Shown here: positions 49,081 through 60,066 of the stretch, piece by piece | How positions within the stretch are numbered: the stretch's first letter is position 1 | How the letters are laid out: each line of letters opens with the position of its first letter | NCBI GenBank assembly: GCA_965223295.1 | Contig: CBDCWC010000002.1 | Location: forward strand, 1,216,001-1,280,000 | Source: Nitrospirales bacterium | GTDB taxonomy: Bacteria > Nitrospirota > Nitrospiria > Nitrospirales > UBA8639 | Direction: 5' to 3' | Length of the DNA: 64,000 nt | Made by a program: the position numbers and the translations under genes | The notes under the pieces: generated by a model | What the model was told of the DNA's origin: nothing | Seen by the model: only the letters and a program-made list of their open reading frames with translations | Databases searched by the model: none

Positions 49081-50442
49081 TTATTTCGTTTTCAAAGTTT
49101 TAGACGGAAGCACATCGACGAAAAGTTTAGCAGAATAAAGAATCTGGGTATGGGATCGCGACTTAGCTTCTTGTAGAAGCGTTTCAATATCGGGGTGAAG
49201 CATTCCCTCAAACGATTGCTGTCCATTCGTCTCTACAACAACTGGCTGCGAAAAATCCACGAGGTCTTGATTGAAGTAGAGCGTATAGTGCCGCACTCGA
49301 CTTGTACTCACGGAAAATCTGTTGGGCCCTATGTTTTCGGCCTGTAACAAGGCATATACTTTTCCCGTAATCAATTCATCTCGACGATCAACCAAGTTTT
49401 CTGAAAAGGCCGCAACTTGATCGGTCTCATTAATTTGCACCCAGTTCATTCGCTCAAGATGCGTCGCATCTCGGACAAGCGAAATACTTTTGGGCAACGG
49501 CACACGTCCTTGCTGATCAAACCATGTAATGAGGGACGGTAATTCCTGTCTGGGGAAGAAATGCCCGCCGGCATGAGGATGTGTCCAGGAATGCTCACGA
49601 TAAGTATGCACAATACCAAGACGGTTCATTTCCTTGACCAAAGCCCGACTCAATTGCACCGGCATGACTTGATCTGTCTCTCCATGAAGCACATATACAG
49701 GCGTATTCACTAAATTTTCAACAAAGGGGAACAGCACGTCATCAAGTCCACTAGCCATCGGGGCAATGCCAGCAAATCGATCAGCATGATGCATCCCGAT
49801 CATCCACGCACCGATCCCTCCATTCGACATACCGGTTAAAAAAATCCGATCTTGATCAATATGATACTCTTTGGAAAGATTTTCCAAAATAGCCAGCACC
49901 AGATCTTCACCAAAACGCGTCCACCACGCTCCCCTGCCCATAGTAGGACACGCCAGGATATATCGATCTTCCAGACGAGGCACCCAGCGTTCAAGATAAG
50001 ATTCTCCCGTAAAGCCTGCTCCATGCAAACACACAATCAATGGATACAATTGTGCAGGATCATAGGAAGGAGGGACATACAAGGCATAGGAAGCCTTCTT
50101 GTCTCTGACCGTGATCGAACGCCGCGGCTGCGCCCCCACGGGCGCTATTTCATAGCGCGGAACGCTGCGAATCGCTGCTTCAACTGCTTGAAAATTGCCA
50201 TCAGGATGTTTCAAAATCTCAGATAGCACTTGCTCCCTAGATTGATCGGATTGGGTTTCTATATACCTTTCAACTAAAGCATCAAGCGCCCTTTTACCTT
50301 CGGAACTGTTTGAATGATCAGAATTTTCTGCTCCCGACACGGGCCAAACCAGCCAAACACTTAAGCACCAAAGACTCACTAACATGACAATTCGGCCCAC
50401 AGGCTTCGGATGATGAATCCTCAAAACTCTATCCTTAGACAA
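49081..50442 (-). CDS. Exported alpha/beta hydrolase (esterase/peptidase-like)
   Basis: YVPPSY, CLHGAG, TGMSNGG nucleophile, HGETD, GGH; signal-like N-terminus. Confidence 0.8.
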   Translation of the reverse strand: MSKDRVLRIHHPKPVGRIVMLVSLWCLSVWLVWPVSGAENSDHSNSSEGKRALDALVERYIETQSDQSREQVLSEILKHPDGNFQAVEAAIRSVPRYEIAPVGAQPRRSITVRDKKASYALYVPPSYDPAQLYPLIVCLHGAGFTGESYLERWVPRLEDRYILACPTMGRGAWWTRFGEDLVLAILENLSKEYHIDQDRIFLTGMSNGGIGAWMIGMHHADRFAGIAPMASGLDDVLFPFVENLVNTPVYVLHGETDQVMPVQLSRALVKEMNRLGIVHTYREHSWTHPHAGGHFFPRQELPSLITWFDQQGRVPLPKSISLVRDATHLERMNWVQINETDQVAAFSENLVDRRDELITGKVYALLQAENIGPNRFSVSTSRVRHYTLYFNQDLVDFSQPVVVETNGQQSFEGMLHPDIETLLQEAKSRSHTQILYSAKLFVDVLPSKTLKTK

Positions 50443-50471
50443 GAATATTGGAAAACCCGAAGAACAGTAGA

Positions 50472-50804
50472 CTATGCGGGATCTTCATAGAAGATGTAGG
50501 AAGTGGAGTAGTCGCTAAACTCGAAATAGACTTTTTGCTCGCCGACATCCTTAACGCCATTGAGATTGGCATCCAAGACACCATAGCCAAACCGGTAGGG
50601 TCTTGGTTCGCTGTCACTTGTTCCCATCGCGGTCGACAACTTATCAATGCCCATAAACCGCTTCACCAGTTTCTCCCCGGCGTAAATTTCTAGGACGCCA
50701 TCCGTCCCTGTCCAGTTTTGTACGGCACGGCTCAGTTTGTTTTGAGATTCCTGAGTGCAGGCTGCCAAAAGCAAGTGGAGAATAAGAATGCATCGATATA
50801 ACAT
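50472..50804 (-). CDS. Hypothetical lipoprotein
   Basis: Lipobox LAAC; operon-like spacing with neighbours. Confidence 0.7.
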   Translation of the reverse strand: MLYRCILILHLLLAACTQESQNKLSRAVQNWTGTDGVLEIYAGEKLVKRFMGIDKLSTAMGTSDSEPRPYRFGYGVLDANLNGVKDVGEQKVYFEFSDYSTSYIFYEDPA

Positions 50805-50815
50805 TTCTTGATTAT

Positions 50816-51610
50816 TTAATTTCGTGAGGCTAACTGTTGATAGGTCTCACGAACTAAAGCTTTGCCATAGATCCGCTCTAACCGCCGGACAATAAAATGC
50901 CCGCGTGCCATATTTTGAAAATGATCCATAAAAAGCAGATTCACTGTCGCTCCACCAGCCGCACCTAACACGGGAATGGCTTGAGCTGCGGCTTTTTCAG
51001 ATACTTGGATGCTATATCGAGAAGCAATTTTGGCAAGGAACCTCACTAAAGCTGGAGCTCCAGTGGTAGCCATTCCATGTTCAGCTAAATACTTGGCCGC
51101 TTCGGTCATGGCTCCAGCTAGCGCAGCTCGCACAGCAAAATAACCCGTGTCCACCCCATCATCGTCTTGCTTGGCACCTCCCAGCGCAAATACTTCCAAA
51201 CAGGCTAATTTTGTATCAGCTTCGGAGAGCGGCTCACCTTCACTTCGGGCAATGTCCGCAATCGACCGAAGCATGATTGTCGTTGAGATAGGTAACTCCA
51301 CTGTCAGTGCCACCAGCCCAAATGCCCCTCCGACCGCTCCGCTCACGGAAGTCAAAAACCGATGTGCACCATCTGCAGATTGACCATGATACCGCTCATC
51401 CAATGTGGAAACAGCTAAGTCTATGGCCTTCGAGAGGGCTTTTTCCGTCGACTGCACAACTTTGTCAGACACGCCTTCAGGCAACATCCCAATTGCTCTC
51501 TCTACTGGGGCCCCAATGAGATTGGTTACTTTCGCAGCAAATGAAGGATTTTCCAGAAAATCAACCGCTCGTGCTAGTTGTTGGTAATCTGTAGAATTAA
51601 GATCATTCAT
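50816..51610 (-). CDS. EcsC family protein
   Basis: GAVGGAFG, ELPISTTIMLRSIADIARSEG, IPVLGAAGGA. Confidence 0.82.
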   Translation of the reverse strand: MNDLNSTDYQQLARAVDFLENPSFAAKVTNLIGAPVERAIGMLPEGVSDKVVQSTEKALSKAIDLAVSTLDERYHGQSADGAHRFLTSVSGAVGGAFGLVALTVELPISTTIMLRSIADIARSEGEPLSEADTKLACLEVFALGGAKQDDDGVDTGYFAVRAALAGAMTEAAKYLAEHGMATTGAPALVRFLAKIASRYSIQVSEKAAAQAIPVLGAAGGATVNLLFMDHFQNMARGHFIVRRLERIYGKALVRETYQQLASRN

Positions 51611-51715
51611 AACCTTACATCTCCCATTGCTGTTCTTACTTCATGCCTGTCGCAAAGATTAATTTTCATTTTTTCAAAAATAGTCGAATTAGTTTTTTTC
51701 GGGAATACCCTTTCC

Positions 51716-52849
51716 CTATCTTCTTACAGCAACAGTGGCCAATACCAGCCAATCGTTCCCCATTTTCTTAATCTGAGGATTTTCCAAAGGCCAGGCTTTT
51801 TCGAGCCTACTTGGCGACAACCCACCGATCAACCCTTTCGCATCTTGTCCCCCAAGTAATTGAGGCGCCACATACAATCTTACCTGATTCACCCACCCCT
51901 CTTGAAGGGCTGTGCCATTCAACGTACCACCACCTTCGATCAGCAAAGAAGAAATCCCCTCCTTACCTAATCGAGCCAAGACAGCTCTCAAGGACACTCT
52001 TCTCTTCTTTTGGGGAAGGACCCAAACAAGGACATCTCGGGCACGAAGCGCCAGAATTTTCCTTTTGGAGGCCTGTGCCGTAGTACAAACAATCGTAGGT
52101 TGTTCCCAAACCCACCGCAACACCCTTGATTTTTCTGAAATACGCAAATGGCTATCTAACACCACTCGCACTGGCTGACGACCTTTGCGCCGCTTCGTAT
52201 CATTGGCTATTTCTCTAGCTGATAACTCTGGATCGTCAGCTACCACAGTTTCAATCCCCACCATCACTGCATCAACATGACTGCGAATCTGATGAACATC
52301 TTGTCGGGCACGTTGGCCGGTGATCCATTTCGACCGGCCTGATCCTGTCGCAATTTTGCCATCAAGAGTCATCGCGCCTTTGAGAATCACAAAGGGACGT
52401 CCCGTCGTAATCCAATGCTGATAGATTTCGTTGAGTTGCTGTGCTTCTTCTTCTAATATGCCCACCGTCACAGACAGGCCTGCCTGTTCCAGCAACTGAA
52501 GCCCTTGGCCTTGGACTTGAGGATTAGGATCAGCCATAGCTACACACACCCGTCGCAAGCCAGACTGAATCAACAGGGGCGCACAAGGAGGTGTGCGTTT
52601 GGTCAAATGGCAACAAGGCTCGAGCGTGACATAGAGCGTCCCTCCTCTCGCCCGGGGACCTGCTTGGTGCAACGCTAAAACTTCGGCATGGGGCTGTCCG
52701 GCTTGGCGATGGTAAGCCTCACCAACAATCTTCCCTTTATTGACAATCACAGCGCCAACCATGGGATTAGGATTTGTTTTGCCCTTTCCCCGAACTGCCA
52801 GGGAAAGGGCCCGTTTCATGTATCGTTGATCAGTTTGGACGGAGGTCAC
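51716..52849 (-). CDS. ribD: Riboflavin biosynthesis deaminase/reductase RibD
   Basis: PNPMVGAV, HAE, TLEPCCH...TPPC, TLDGKIA, IEGGG. Confidence 0.96.
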   Translation of the reverse strand: MTSVQTDQRYMKRALSLAVRGKGKTNPNPMVGAVIVNKGKIVGEAYHRQAGQPHAEVLALHQAGPRARGGTLYVTLEPCCHLTKRTPPCAPLLIQSGLRRVCVAMADPNPQVQGQGLQLLEQAGLSVTVGILEEEAQQLNEIYQHWITTGRPFVILKGAMTLDGKIATGSGRSKWITGQRARQDVHQIRSHVDAVMVGIETVVADDPELSAREIANDTKRRKGRQPVRVVLDSHLRISEKSRVLRWVWEQPTIVCTTAQASKRKILALRARDVLVWVLPQKKRRVSLRAVLARLGKEGISSLLIEGGGTLNGTALQEGWVNQVRLYVAPQLLGGQDAKGLIGGLSPSRLEKAWPLENPQIKKMGNDWLVLATVAVRR

Positions 52850-55800
52850 CGTCGTTTCGAGGAGCTAGATGATTTCTTACGGGACATAACTTTCTTAGAT
52901 AGGGCTTTCTTTCTGTTTGACGTTTTTTTCGCCGGAGTCTTTTTCGCTATGACTTTCTTCGCCACTGCCTTCTTTTTCAACATCTTCTTAGTGGATTTGG
53001 CAGCAGTCATTCGCTTCTTTCTGCCGCCCTTGCTTGACAACGACCGGCTTTCTTCACGTTCAAGCACAGCAACCGCCGCCTGTGCTGCAGCAAGCCGTGC
53101 AATCGGAACACGATAGGGTGAACAGCTCACATAATTGAGCCCCAATTCATGGCAGAACGCGACCGAACTGGGTTCTCCTCCATGCTCCCCGCAAATACCT
53201 AATTTAATGCTGGGGCGCGTCTTGCGACCTTCCTGAATAGCCAACTTCATCAACCTGCCCACTCCGACTTGATCCAATACGGCAAAAGGATCGGCCTCTA
53301 AGATATTGTCGGCTTTATTCTCTATCGTAGCCTTGCACATACGACAGACCATCTTTTTCCAATCCACATTACTGCGCTGACAGAACGGGCATCGATCCTG
53401 CCGGTCCAAATAAAAGCCAATATAAGGGCCGGCATCATCACGAGAAAACCCAAACGTGGTCTGTGTTAAGTCATTTGTTCCAAAAGAAAAGAACTCTGCA
53501 TCTTGGGCAATCTGTTCGGCTGTCACCGCCGCACGCGGGAGTTCAATCATCGTACCGACCAAATAATTTAATTTTACGCTGTATTGGGCCATCGTCCGCT
53601 GAGCCACATCGCGAATCAACTCCTTTTGAGCTTTCATCTCCGAGGCCATGCCCACTAAAGGGATCATAATTTCCGGCACAATCTTTTTGCCTTCCTGTGC
53701 CACTTCACAGGCGGCTTCAAAAATCGCTTGCACCTGCATTCTGGTAATTTCCGGCATCGTAATTCCCAGGCGGCATCCCCGCAGTCCCAGCATCGGATTA
53801 AATTCATGCAGTTCTTCCACCCGAGCAAGAATTTTTTGTTTCTCTTTGATGACAGCCGAATCACCATTCGACAGCTCGAGTTTGGCTAAATCCACCAGCA
53901 ATTGCTCCCGCTTGGGTAAAAATTCGTGCAGAGGCGGATCCAACAAACGGATCGTGACGGGGAATCCCTTCATCTCTCGATAGAGTCCAATGAAATCTCG
54001 CCGCTGAAGTGGGAGTAATTTTTCTAGATAAATTTCACGCTCTTCACGGGAAGAGGCTAAAATCATTTGCTGCATGATTGCGACCCGGTCTTCTGCAAAA
54101 AACATATGCTCGGTTCGGCAGAGCCCAATCCCTTCGGCGCCAAAACCACGTGCAATTTGCGCTTGATCCGGCACATCCGCATTAGACCGAACGCGCAGCA
54201 CACGAAACGCATCAGCCCATTTCAAAATCGTTGAGAAGTAACCATACTTTTCGGATTCTTTCGGATCCATCCGACCTTGAATGACTTGAATCACTTCTGA
54301 ATCTACGACAGGAATATCGCCTGCATAGACTTGTCCCGTAAAACCATTCAACGAGATATATTCACCCTCCGCCAAGACTAAACTGCCAAACTGCACTTTC
54401 CCATCAGGCAACACTTCAACTTCATCACACCCAGCAATACAAACTTTCCCCATCTGCCGGGCCACCACCGCTGCATGTGACGTCATTCCGCCTTTGGCCG
54501 TCAAAAATCCTTCCGCCGCATGCATGCCATGAATGTCGTCCGGACTTGTCTCATGACGCACTAACACCGCACGTTCCCCTTTGGCTTTCAGTTCCACGGC
54601 TCGATCAGGAGTCAGTGCGATTCGGCCAGCTGCCGCCCCTGGTCCCGCAGGAAGCCCCTTCCCAACAGCTTGAAATTTCGCTTCATCTCGACTTTCAAAA
54701 ATAGGATAGAGATACTGGGAGAGTTGTTCAGGTGCGACACGCTTGACGGCTTCGCGCCGATCAATCAGCCCCTGCCGAACCATATCCACAGCAATTCTGA
54801 CAGCCGCAATCCCTGTTCGTTTCCCAACACGGGTTTGCAGCATATACAACGTGCCTTCCTGGATCGTAAATTCCAAATCCAGCATGTCACGGTAATGCTT
54901 TTCCAAGGTCCGTTGCGTCTTGATGAGATCTTTATAAGCACCAGGCAGCGTCTCCTGTAACGACCCGACCGGCAAGGGTGTCCGAATCCCAGCCACCACG
55001 TCTTCCCCCTGAGCATTCAAGAGACATTCACCAAAAAATGTGTCCGTGCCATTGGCGGGATTTCGGGTAAACGCCACCCCCGTTCCACTGGTATCCCCCA
55101 TATTTCCAAACACCATCGATTGCACATTCACTGCCGTGCCCCATTCATCAGGAATATCATAGAGACGCCGATAGGTCACCGCCCGATCACCATACCAGGA
55201 ATCAAACACCGCATTGATGGACATGCGTAATTGTTCAAAAGGATCCTGTGGAAAGTCACTCCCCACTTCGATTTTCACCAATGCCAGATACTGATCGACT
55301 AACTGACGCAAAGATTGTTCATTAAGATCCGTATCATGCTTGGCCCCTTCTGCTTCTTTTAAAGCATCGAGGGCTTGCTCAAACCCTTCACGAGACATGC
55401 CCATTACCACGCTGGCAAACATAGTTATAAACCGCCGGTACGCATCCACCGCAAATCGAGGATTGTTGGTTTTTTTCGCTAGACCTTCAACCGTTTGCTG
55501 ATTGAGCCCCAGATTTAAGACAGTATCCATCATGCCGGGCATGGATGCCCTGGCACCAGAACGGACGGAAACCAGCAACGGGTGCTCAGGGTCACCTAAG
55601 CGGGCTTTCATTGCTTGCTCCACTTTACGAAGACCTTCTAACGCTTGATCCCACATCCCACCTGGGTATCGCTTCTTGGAATGAAAATATTCGACACAGG
55701 CATCTGTTGTGATGGTGAATCCCGGTGGCACCGAAATTTTCAGACTGGTCATTTCCGCCAAACCGGATCCCTTCCCACCTAACAACTCTCTCATCGTCCC

Positions 55801-55854
55801 CGACCCTTCGGCCTTTCCCTTACCGAAGAAATAGACGTATTTTTTCTGCCGCAT
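52846..55854 (-). CDS. ppdK: Pyruvate, phosphate dikinase
   Basis: LGGKG, LLVSVRSGA, GGMTSHAAVVAR, GIGLCRTEHMF, SFGTNDLTQ, GICGEHGG. Start ATG 55854 has an AAGGAG RBS. Confidence 0.97.
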   Translation of the reverse strand: MRQKKYVYFFGKGKAEGSGTMRELLGGKGSGLAEMTSLKISVPPGFTITTDACVEYFHSKKRYPGGMWDQALEGLRKVEQAMKARLGDPEHPLLVSVRSGARASMPGMMDTVLNLGLNQQTVEGLAKKTNNPRFAVDAYRRFITMFASVVMGMSREGFEQALDALKEAEGAKHDTDLNEQSLRQLVDQYLALVKIEVGSDFPQDPFEQLRMSINAVFDSWYGDRAVTYRRLYDIPDEWGTAVNVQSMVFGNMGDTSGTGVAFTRNPANGTDTFFGECLLNAQGEDVVAGIRTPLPVGSLQETLPGAYKDLIKTQRTLEKHYRDMLDLEFTIQEGTLYMLQTRVGKRTGIAAVRIAVDMVRQGLIDRREAVKRVAPEQLSQYLYPIFESRDEAKFQAVGKGLPAGPGAAAGRIALTPDRAVELKAKGERAVLVRHETSPDDIHGMHAAEGFLTAKGGMTSHAAVVARQMGKVCIAGCDEVEVLPDGKVQFGSLVLAEGEYISLNGFTGQVYAGDIPVVDSEVIQVIQGRMDPKESEKYGYFSTILKWADAFRVLRVRSNADVPDQAQIARGFGAEGIGLCRTEHMFFAEDRVAIMQQMILASSREEREIYLEKLLPLQRRDFIGLYREMKGFPVTIRLLDPPLHEFLPKREQLLVDLAKLELSNGDSAVIKEKQKILARVEELHEFNPMLGLRGCRLGITMPEITRMQVQAIFEAACEVAQEGKKIVPEIMIPLVGMASEMKAQKELIRDVAQRTMAQYSVKLNYLVGTMIELPRAAVTAEQIAQDAEFFSFGTNDLTQTTFGFSRDDAGPYIGFYLDRQDRCPFCQRSNVDWKKMVCRMCKATIENKADNILEADPFAVLDQVGVGRLMKLAIQEGRKTRPSIKLGICGEHGGEPSSVAFCHELGLNYVSCSPYRVPIARLAAAQAAVAVLEREESRSLSSKGGRKKRMTAAKSTKKMLKKKAVAKKVIAKKTPAKKTSNRKKALSKKVMSRKKSSSSSKRR

Positions 55855-56094
55855 AGCGTGACTCTCCTTTACCCGCACAGAACTCGTCGATAGATAAAAT
55901 GAAAAGAATACAGCATCGACCTCCAGAAATGGCTACGACATGACTCTGACAGATGCAACGGCTGCCCTGGACGCACCACGAGACGTGGCCCCAACACCCA
56001 CTGGATGATCCACTGCTTGATAGAAACTTGTATGTATTGAAGAGGAATGAGTACGAAGTGAGGTGGTATCACAGCTGACGTGTAGCCCCGACAC

Positions 56095-56583
56095 TCATGT
56101 CGACTGATGAGAGATAGTTTGGAGATGGACCTGATACTTAGCGATTAACTGACGTTTTATCCACATCCCTAATGCGATCACCACTATGGCAAAAATCATC
56201 AGCGCAATCAACCGATAATTTTCTTTAACTTGCCCAGGGAAGTACAAATTTCCATCCGCATCCATAGCCAAGGCTTTCCCGGGCGCCAAGGAATGCGTTT
56301 GCCCCGAGAGATCAGAAAAGTCTAACCATTCGGAACAGACTTTGACCAGACCATCGGCTCCTGTCACTTTTTCCCATTGCACCCCGACACAATGCCCATT
56401 GGCCGGATCAAACAGCTCCGGTTTGGCTAACGTGGCCTCTAGATCTATTCCACTGACCCATAGCCCTAAGAACAACAGAGCGTTACAGACCAAAATGAGC
56501 ACAACAGTAACCATGAGCGTAAACCGTCGAATCCGCCAAGATTGGTCCGGATTCTCTAAAGATGGCCGTTCCGTACTCATCAC
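56095..56583 (-). CDS. Hypothetical two-TM membrane protein
   Basis: Two hydrophobic helices around a loop with two Cys; GGAGG RBS. Confidence 0.7.
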   Translation of the reverse strand: MMSTERPSLENPDQSWRIRRFTLMVTVVLILVCNALLFLGLWVSGIDLEATLAKPELFDPANGHCVGVQWEKVTGADGLVKVCSEWLDFSDLSGQTHSLAPGKALAMDADGNLYFPGQVKENYRLIALMIFAIVVIALGMWIKRQLIAKYQVHLQTISHQST

Positions 56584-56637
56584 ATCATGAGTCCTCCGCC
56601 CTCTAGCTTCGACCCAATTTACTTGAACTCTAAAAAC

Positions 56638-58833
56638 TTATGTAGTCTCAGTTCCAGCATATTGGATACAGGAAAAATCAGCAAGCGTGAGAAACAGATG
56701 ATCAATTACTGTTAACAAGGAAAGTCGATTTTCTCGAATCTGTGGCTCAGGGTCGTTGACCAAGACTGCTTCAAAAAACTCATCAATTGGCGACTTCAAT
56801 GCCAGTAACCCACACAAGGCCTCACCATAATGTTGATCTCTTATAGACTCCGACACTTCTTGCTGAGCTATCTTCAATGTTTGGAAAAGGTCTTGTTCAC
56901 ATCGATGCTGGAACAATTCAGGATTCACCGCCATCTGCGTCCATCCTTCTTTTTCGACAATTCGGTGTGCTCGCTTAAATCCAATCATAAGCGTTTCAAA
57001 ATCTGACTGGCTCACAATAGCCTGCAATGCCTGAATTCGGGATAACAGATCCTTTAAATCAGCTGTATGACTAGGTCGAACACGAGTGACGGCTTCCATG
57101 ACATCATCCCGTAATCCCATTGAACTCCGTCCATAAAATTTAAGCCGATCCATGAGAAATCCAATGATTTCCTTTAATGTCTTGGGGTTACCTTGTCCCA
57201 CCCCTTGCTTGGAGAGGATCTGAAGTGTCTGCTCAAACACATCAACGAAATTTAGCTCAAGGGAAGTCTCACTAGCGATTCGAACCAGCCCATACGCCGC
57301 CCTCCGCAATCCCAATGGATCTTCTGACCCGGAAGGAGACATCCCCACCGCAAAAAACGAGACGATCGAATCACATCGGTCCGCGCAGGCCAGAAGCCTG
57401 CCGACAAAACTCGCGGGCAACAGATCATCAGGAAATCGAGGAAGATAATGCTCACCGATAGCCTGGCAGACTTCTTCAGCCTCTCCATTATGCTCCGCAT
57501 ATACTTCTCCCATGACACCCTGCAATGTAGGAAATTCCCCAACCATCCCGGTTGTCAAATCAGCTTTGGACAAAAGCCCAGCGCACTCACAAATTCCCTT
57601 TAAATCTTCTCGGCCAAGCGTCACCGCAAGCCACCCGGCCAAATCCCGCACACGCTCAACTTTTTGACGCATAGTACCCAATTGGTGATGAAACATGATT
57701 CCATCTAACGCTGAGACACGTTGATGAAGTGGGTGCTTGACATCCTCATTAAAAAAATATTGTGCGTCATTGAGGCGAGCAGCAAGCACTCGCTCATTGC
57801 CTTTTCGCATAAGCGCCCTATCACCCCAAGGCATATTGGTTACCGTCATAAACTTCGGCAACAATTCCCCGTCTTGTCCGACGAGAGAAAAGAAGCCTTG
57901 ATGCTCTTTCATGGATGAAATCAACACAGGCTTGGGAAGCCTGAGAAATTCTTTGTTAAATGATCCCAGCAGGGTGAGGGGGTGTTCAACGCTCCAAACC
58001 GCTTCGTCCACTAACTCTTCACGATGACTAGGAGCAATTTTCCCCTTGGCTGATTTGGATAAAGCCGAAGTCTGTTGAATAATGAGGGCACGCCGCTCTG
58101 CCGGATCCACGAGCACACCAAGCTTCTTCATCGCTGCAACATAGGTGGTCGCATTTGGCAATGTGCTTCCCTGCACAACTTTTTTTCCTCTCGTCCGCAA
58201 ATAGCGATGCCCCCACGTCACGCCACTAGATTGAACACCCGCGAATTCGATCTTCAGAACTTGCTGATCTAATAACGCCACCACCCATCGAACCGGACGG
58301 GCAAATTTTGTTTGCAAAACATTCCAACGCATAGCCTTCGGGAAGTGTAATTTGGCTAAATATTCAGGAAGTCTTGCGGTAAGTATCTGCTTAGCAGATT
58401 GGCCCTTTTCATGTCTCTCAACTGCGAGATAGAGTCCCCTGGGTGTCTCTGTGACGGCAAGTTGCTCAACTGACACGCTTTGAGATTTGGCAAATCCCAG
58501 TGCAGCGTTCGTTGGAGACCCCGAAGCATCAAATGCCGCAGATTTTGGCGGCCCAACCACTTGTTGCGTGACAGATCGTTGCCGGGTATGCAAACCATCC
58601 ACGAGTAACGCCAGCCGCCTACAGGTTCCAACCGTGCGGACCTTGTCATAGTCTAACCGGCATTCCGCTAAAAGCTGGCGTCCGACCTCAGCTAAATCTT
58701 CAAGAGCTTGAGGAAAAAACGTAGTCGGAATTTCTTCAGTGCCAATTTCTATTAACAACGACAACGAGGGATCTTTTGTCTTGCGGCGAGCAGTTGCTTG
58801 ACATTTAGTCTGTGATTTTTTTTGAATCGGCAT
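56638..58833 (-). CDS. glyS: Glycyl-tRNA synthetase beta subunit
   Basis: LLIEIGTEEIP, FPKAMRW, FARPVRW, MVGEFPTLQG, SGSEDPLGLRR, RENRL. Confidence 0.96.
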   Translation of the reverse strand: MPIQKKSQTKCQATARRKTKDPSLSLLIEIGTEEIPTTFFPQALEDLAEVGRQLLAECRLDYDKVRTVGTCRRLALLVDGLHTRQRSVTQQVVGPPKSAAFDASGSPTNAALGFAKSQSVSVEQLAVTETPRGLYLAVERHEKGQSAKQILTARLPEYLAKLHFPKAMRWNVLQTKFARPVRWVVALLDQQVLKIEFAGVQSSGVTWGHRYLRTRGKKVVQGSTLPNATTYVAAMKKLGVLVDPAERRALIIQQTSALSKSAKGKIAPSHREELVDEAVWSVEHPLTLLGSFNKEFLRLPKPVLISSMKEHQGFFSLVGQDGELLPKFMTVTNMPWGDRALMRKGNERVLAARLNDAQYFFNEDVKHPLHQRVSALDGIMFHHQLGTMRQKVERVRDLAGWLAVTLGREDLKGICECAGLLSKADLTTGMVGEFPTLQGVMGEVYAEHNGEAEEVCQAIGEHYLPRFPDDLLPASFVGRLLACADRCDSIVSFFAVGMSPSGSEDPLGLRRAAYGLVRIASETSLELNFVDVFEQTLQILSKQGVGQGNPKTLKEIIGFLMDRLKFYGRSSMGLRDDVMEAVTRVRPSHTADLKDLLSRIQALQAIVSQSDFETLMIGFKRAHRIVEKEGWTQMAVNPELFQHRCEQDLFQTLKIAQQEVSESIRDQHYGEALCGLLALKSPIDEFFEAVLVNDPEPQIRENRLSLLTVIDHLFLTLADFSCIQYAGTETT

Positions 58834-58875
58834 GTCGTAAAAACCTAAGGCCATGCAAAACGACAATCGTCCCGT

Positions 58876-59844
58876 CTATCGTTTTTTTCGAATTCGCGTT
58901 CCTTTTGTGGTTCCTTTTGTGGCTACCTTCTGATGGAGCAAAGGAAATCCCATACGTTCTCGTTGTTCATAATAGGCCTGCGCACATGCTCTGGCTAAAT
59001 TCCGGACACGGCCAATATACCCCGTACGTTGGGCCACGCTGATGGCTCCCCTTGCATCAAGGACATTAAAAAAATGAGAGCATTTCATACAGTAATCATA
59101 GGCCGGGAGCACAAGACCGCGTGGATGTTCCAATAATTGTCGACATTCCTGTTCAAAACGATCGAACGAAGTTGTCAGCAAATCCACATCAGCGGTTTCA
59201 AAATTATAAGTTGACCATTGCACTTCCGACTCATGATACAACTCGCCATATCGCACACCTTCAGTCCATAACAAATCATAGACATTGTCCACTTCCTGCA
59301 AGTACATGGCGATCCGTTCCAGGCCATACGTCAGTTCCACGGTCACGGGATTCATTTCCAAGCTACCAACTTCTTGAAAATAGGTGAATTGAGTAATTTC
59401 CATGCCATCTAGGCGAACTTCCCAACCTAGGCCCCAGGCTCCCAAGGTGGGGGATTCCCAATCATCTTGTAAAAATTGAATATCATGCCGGTACGGATCT
59501 AACCCTAAATAGGCAAGACTCTGTAAATACAAATTCTGAGAATCAGCCGGAGCCGGCTTCAAGACTACTTGATACTGGAAATAATGCTGCAGTCGGTTAG
59601 GATTATCTCCATACCGACCATCAGTAGGACGCCGGCAAGGCTCAATATAGGCTGCGCGCCAGGGCTCCGGCCCAATGGCACGCAGAAACGTGGATGGGTT
59701 AAACGTTCCTGCACCTTTCTCGGTGTCATAGGGCTGCGTCAGGATACAGTTATGGGATTTCCAAAACTGATGGAGGGAGAGAATAATCTCTTGAAAGGTC
59801 ACAACGCTGAGCTTTTGGTCAGAAACCGCCTCAGATATCGGCAA
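58876..59844 (-). CDS. glyQ: Glycyl-tRNA synthetase alpha subunit
   Basis: [47 protein letters not shown]. Confidence 0.97.
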   Translation of the reverse strand: MPISEAVSDQKLSVVTFQEIILSLHQFWKSHNCILTQPYDTEKGAGTFNPSTFLRAIGPEPWRAAYIEPCRRPTDGRYGDNPNRLQHYFQYQVVLKPAPADSQNLYLQSLAYLGLDPYRHDIQFLQDDWESPTLGAWGLGWEVRLDGMEITQFTYFQEVGSLEMNPVTVELTYGLERIAMYLQEVDNVYDLLWTEGVRYGELYHESEVQWSTYNFETADVDLLTTSFDRFEQECRQLLEHPRGLVLPAYDYCMKCSHFFNVLDARGAISVAQRTGYIGRVRNLARACAQAYYEQRERMGFPLLHQKVATKGTTKGTRIRKKR

Positions 59845-60066
59845 GCGTTCATCTCAATCCTGACAGCATCTCACGAGAAAAAACCCAAGTAGGCAAAGCT
59901 TTTTACCGTAGCAACAACATTTTGACCAGTCAAGAAATGTTCCGTGAATCGTCATGCCATCTTCTCGGGAAAAAATATTGGGACGAAATGGGTTCTAACT
60001 TGTTTTTCATAGGCCCACTCAAGTATATTTGTGCCCGAGTTTATCCACTGAGGAGGGGCGTAACCA

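Noticed and set aside
55869..56072. 67-aa ORF between ppdK and the membrane-protein gene
   Set aside because: No recognisable motif or clear RBS; it cannot be supported.
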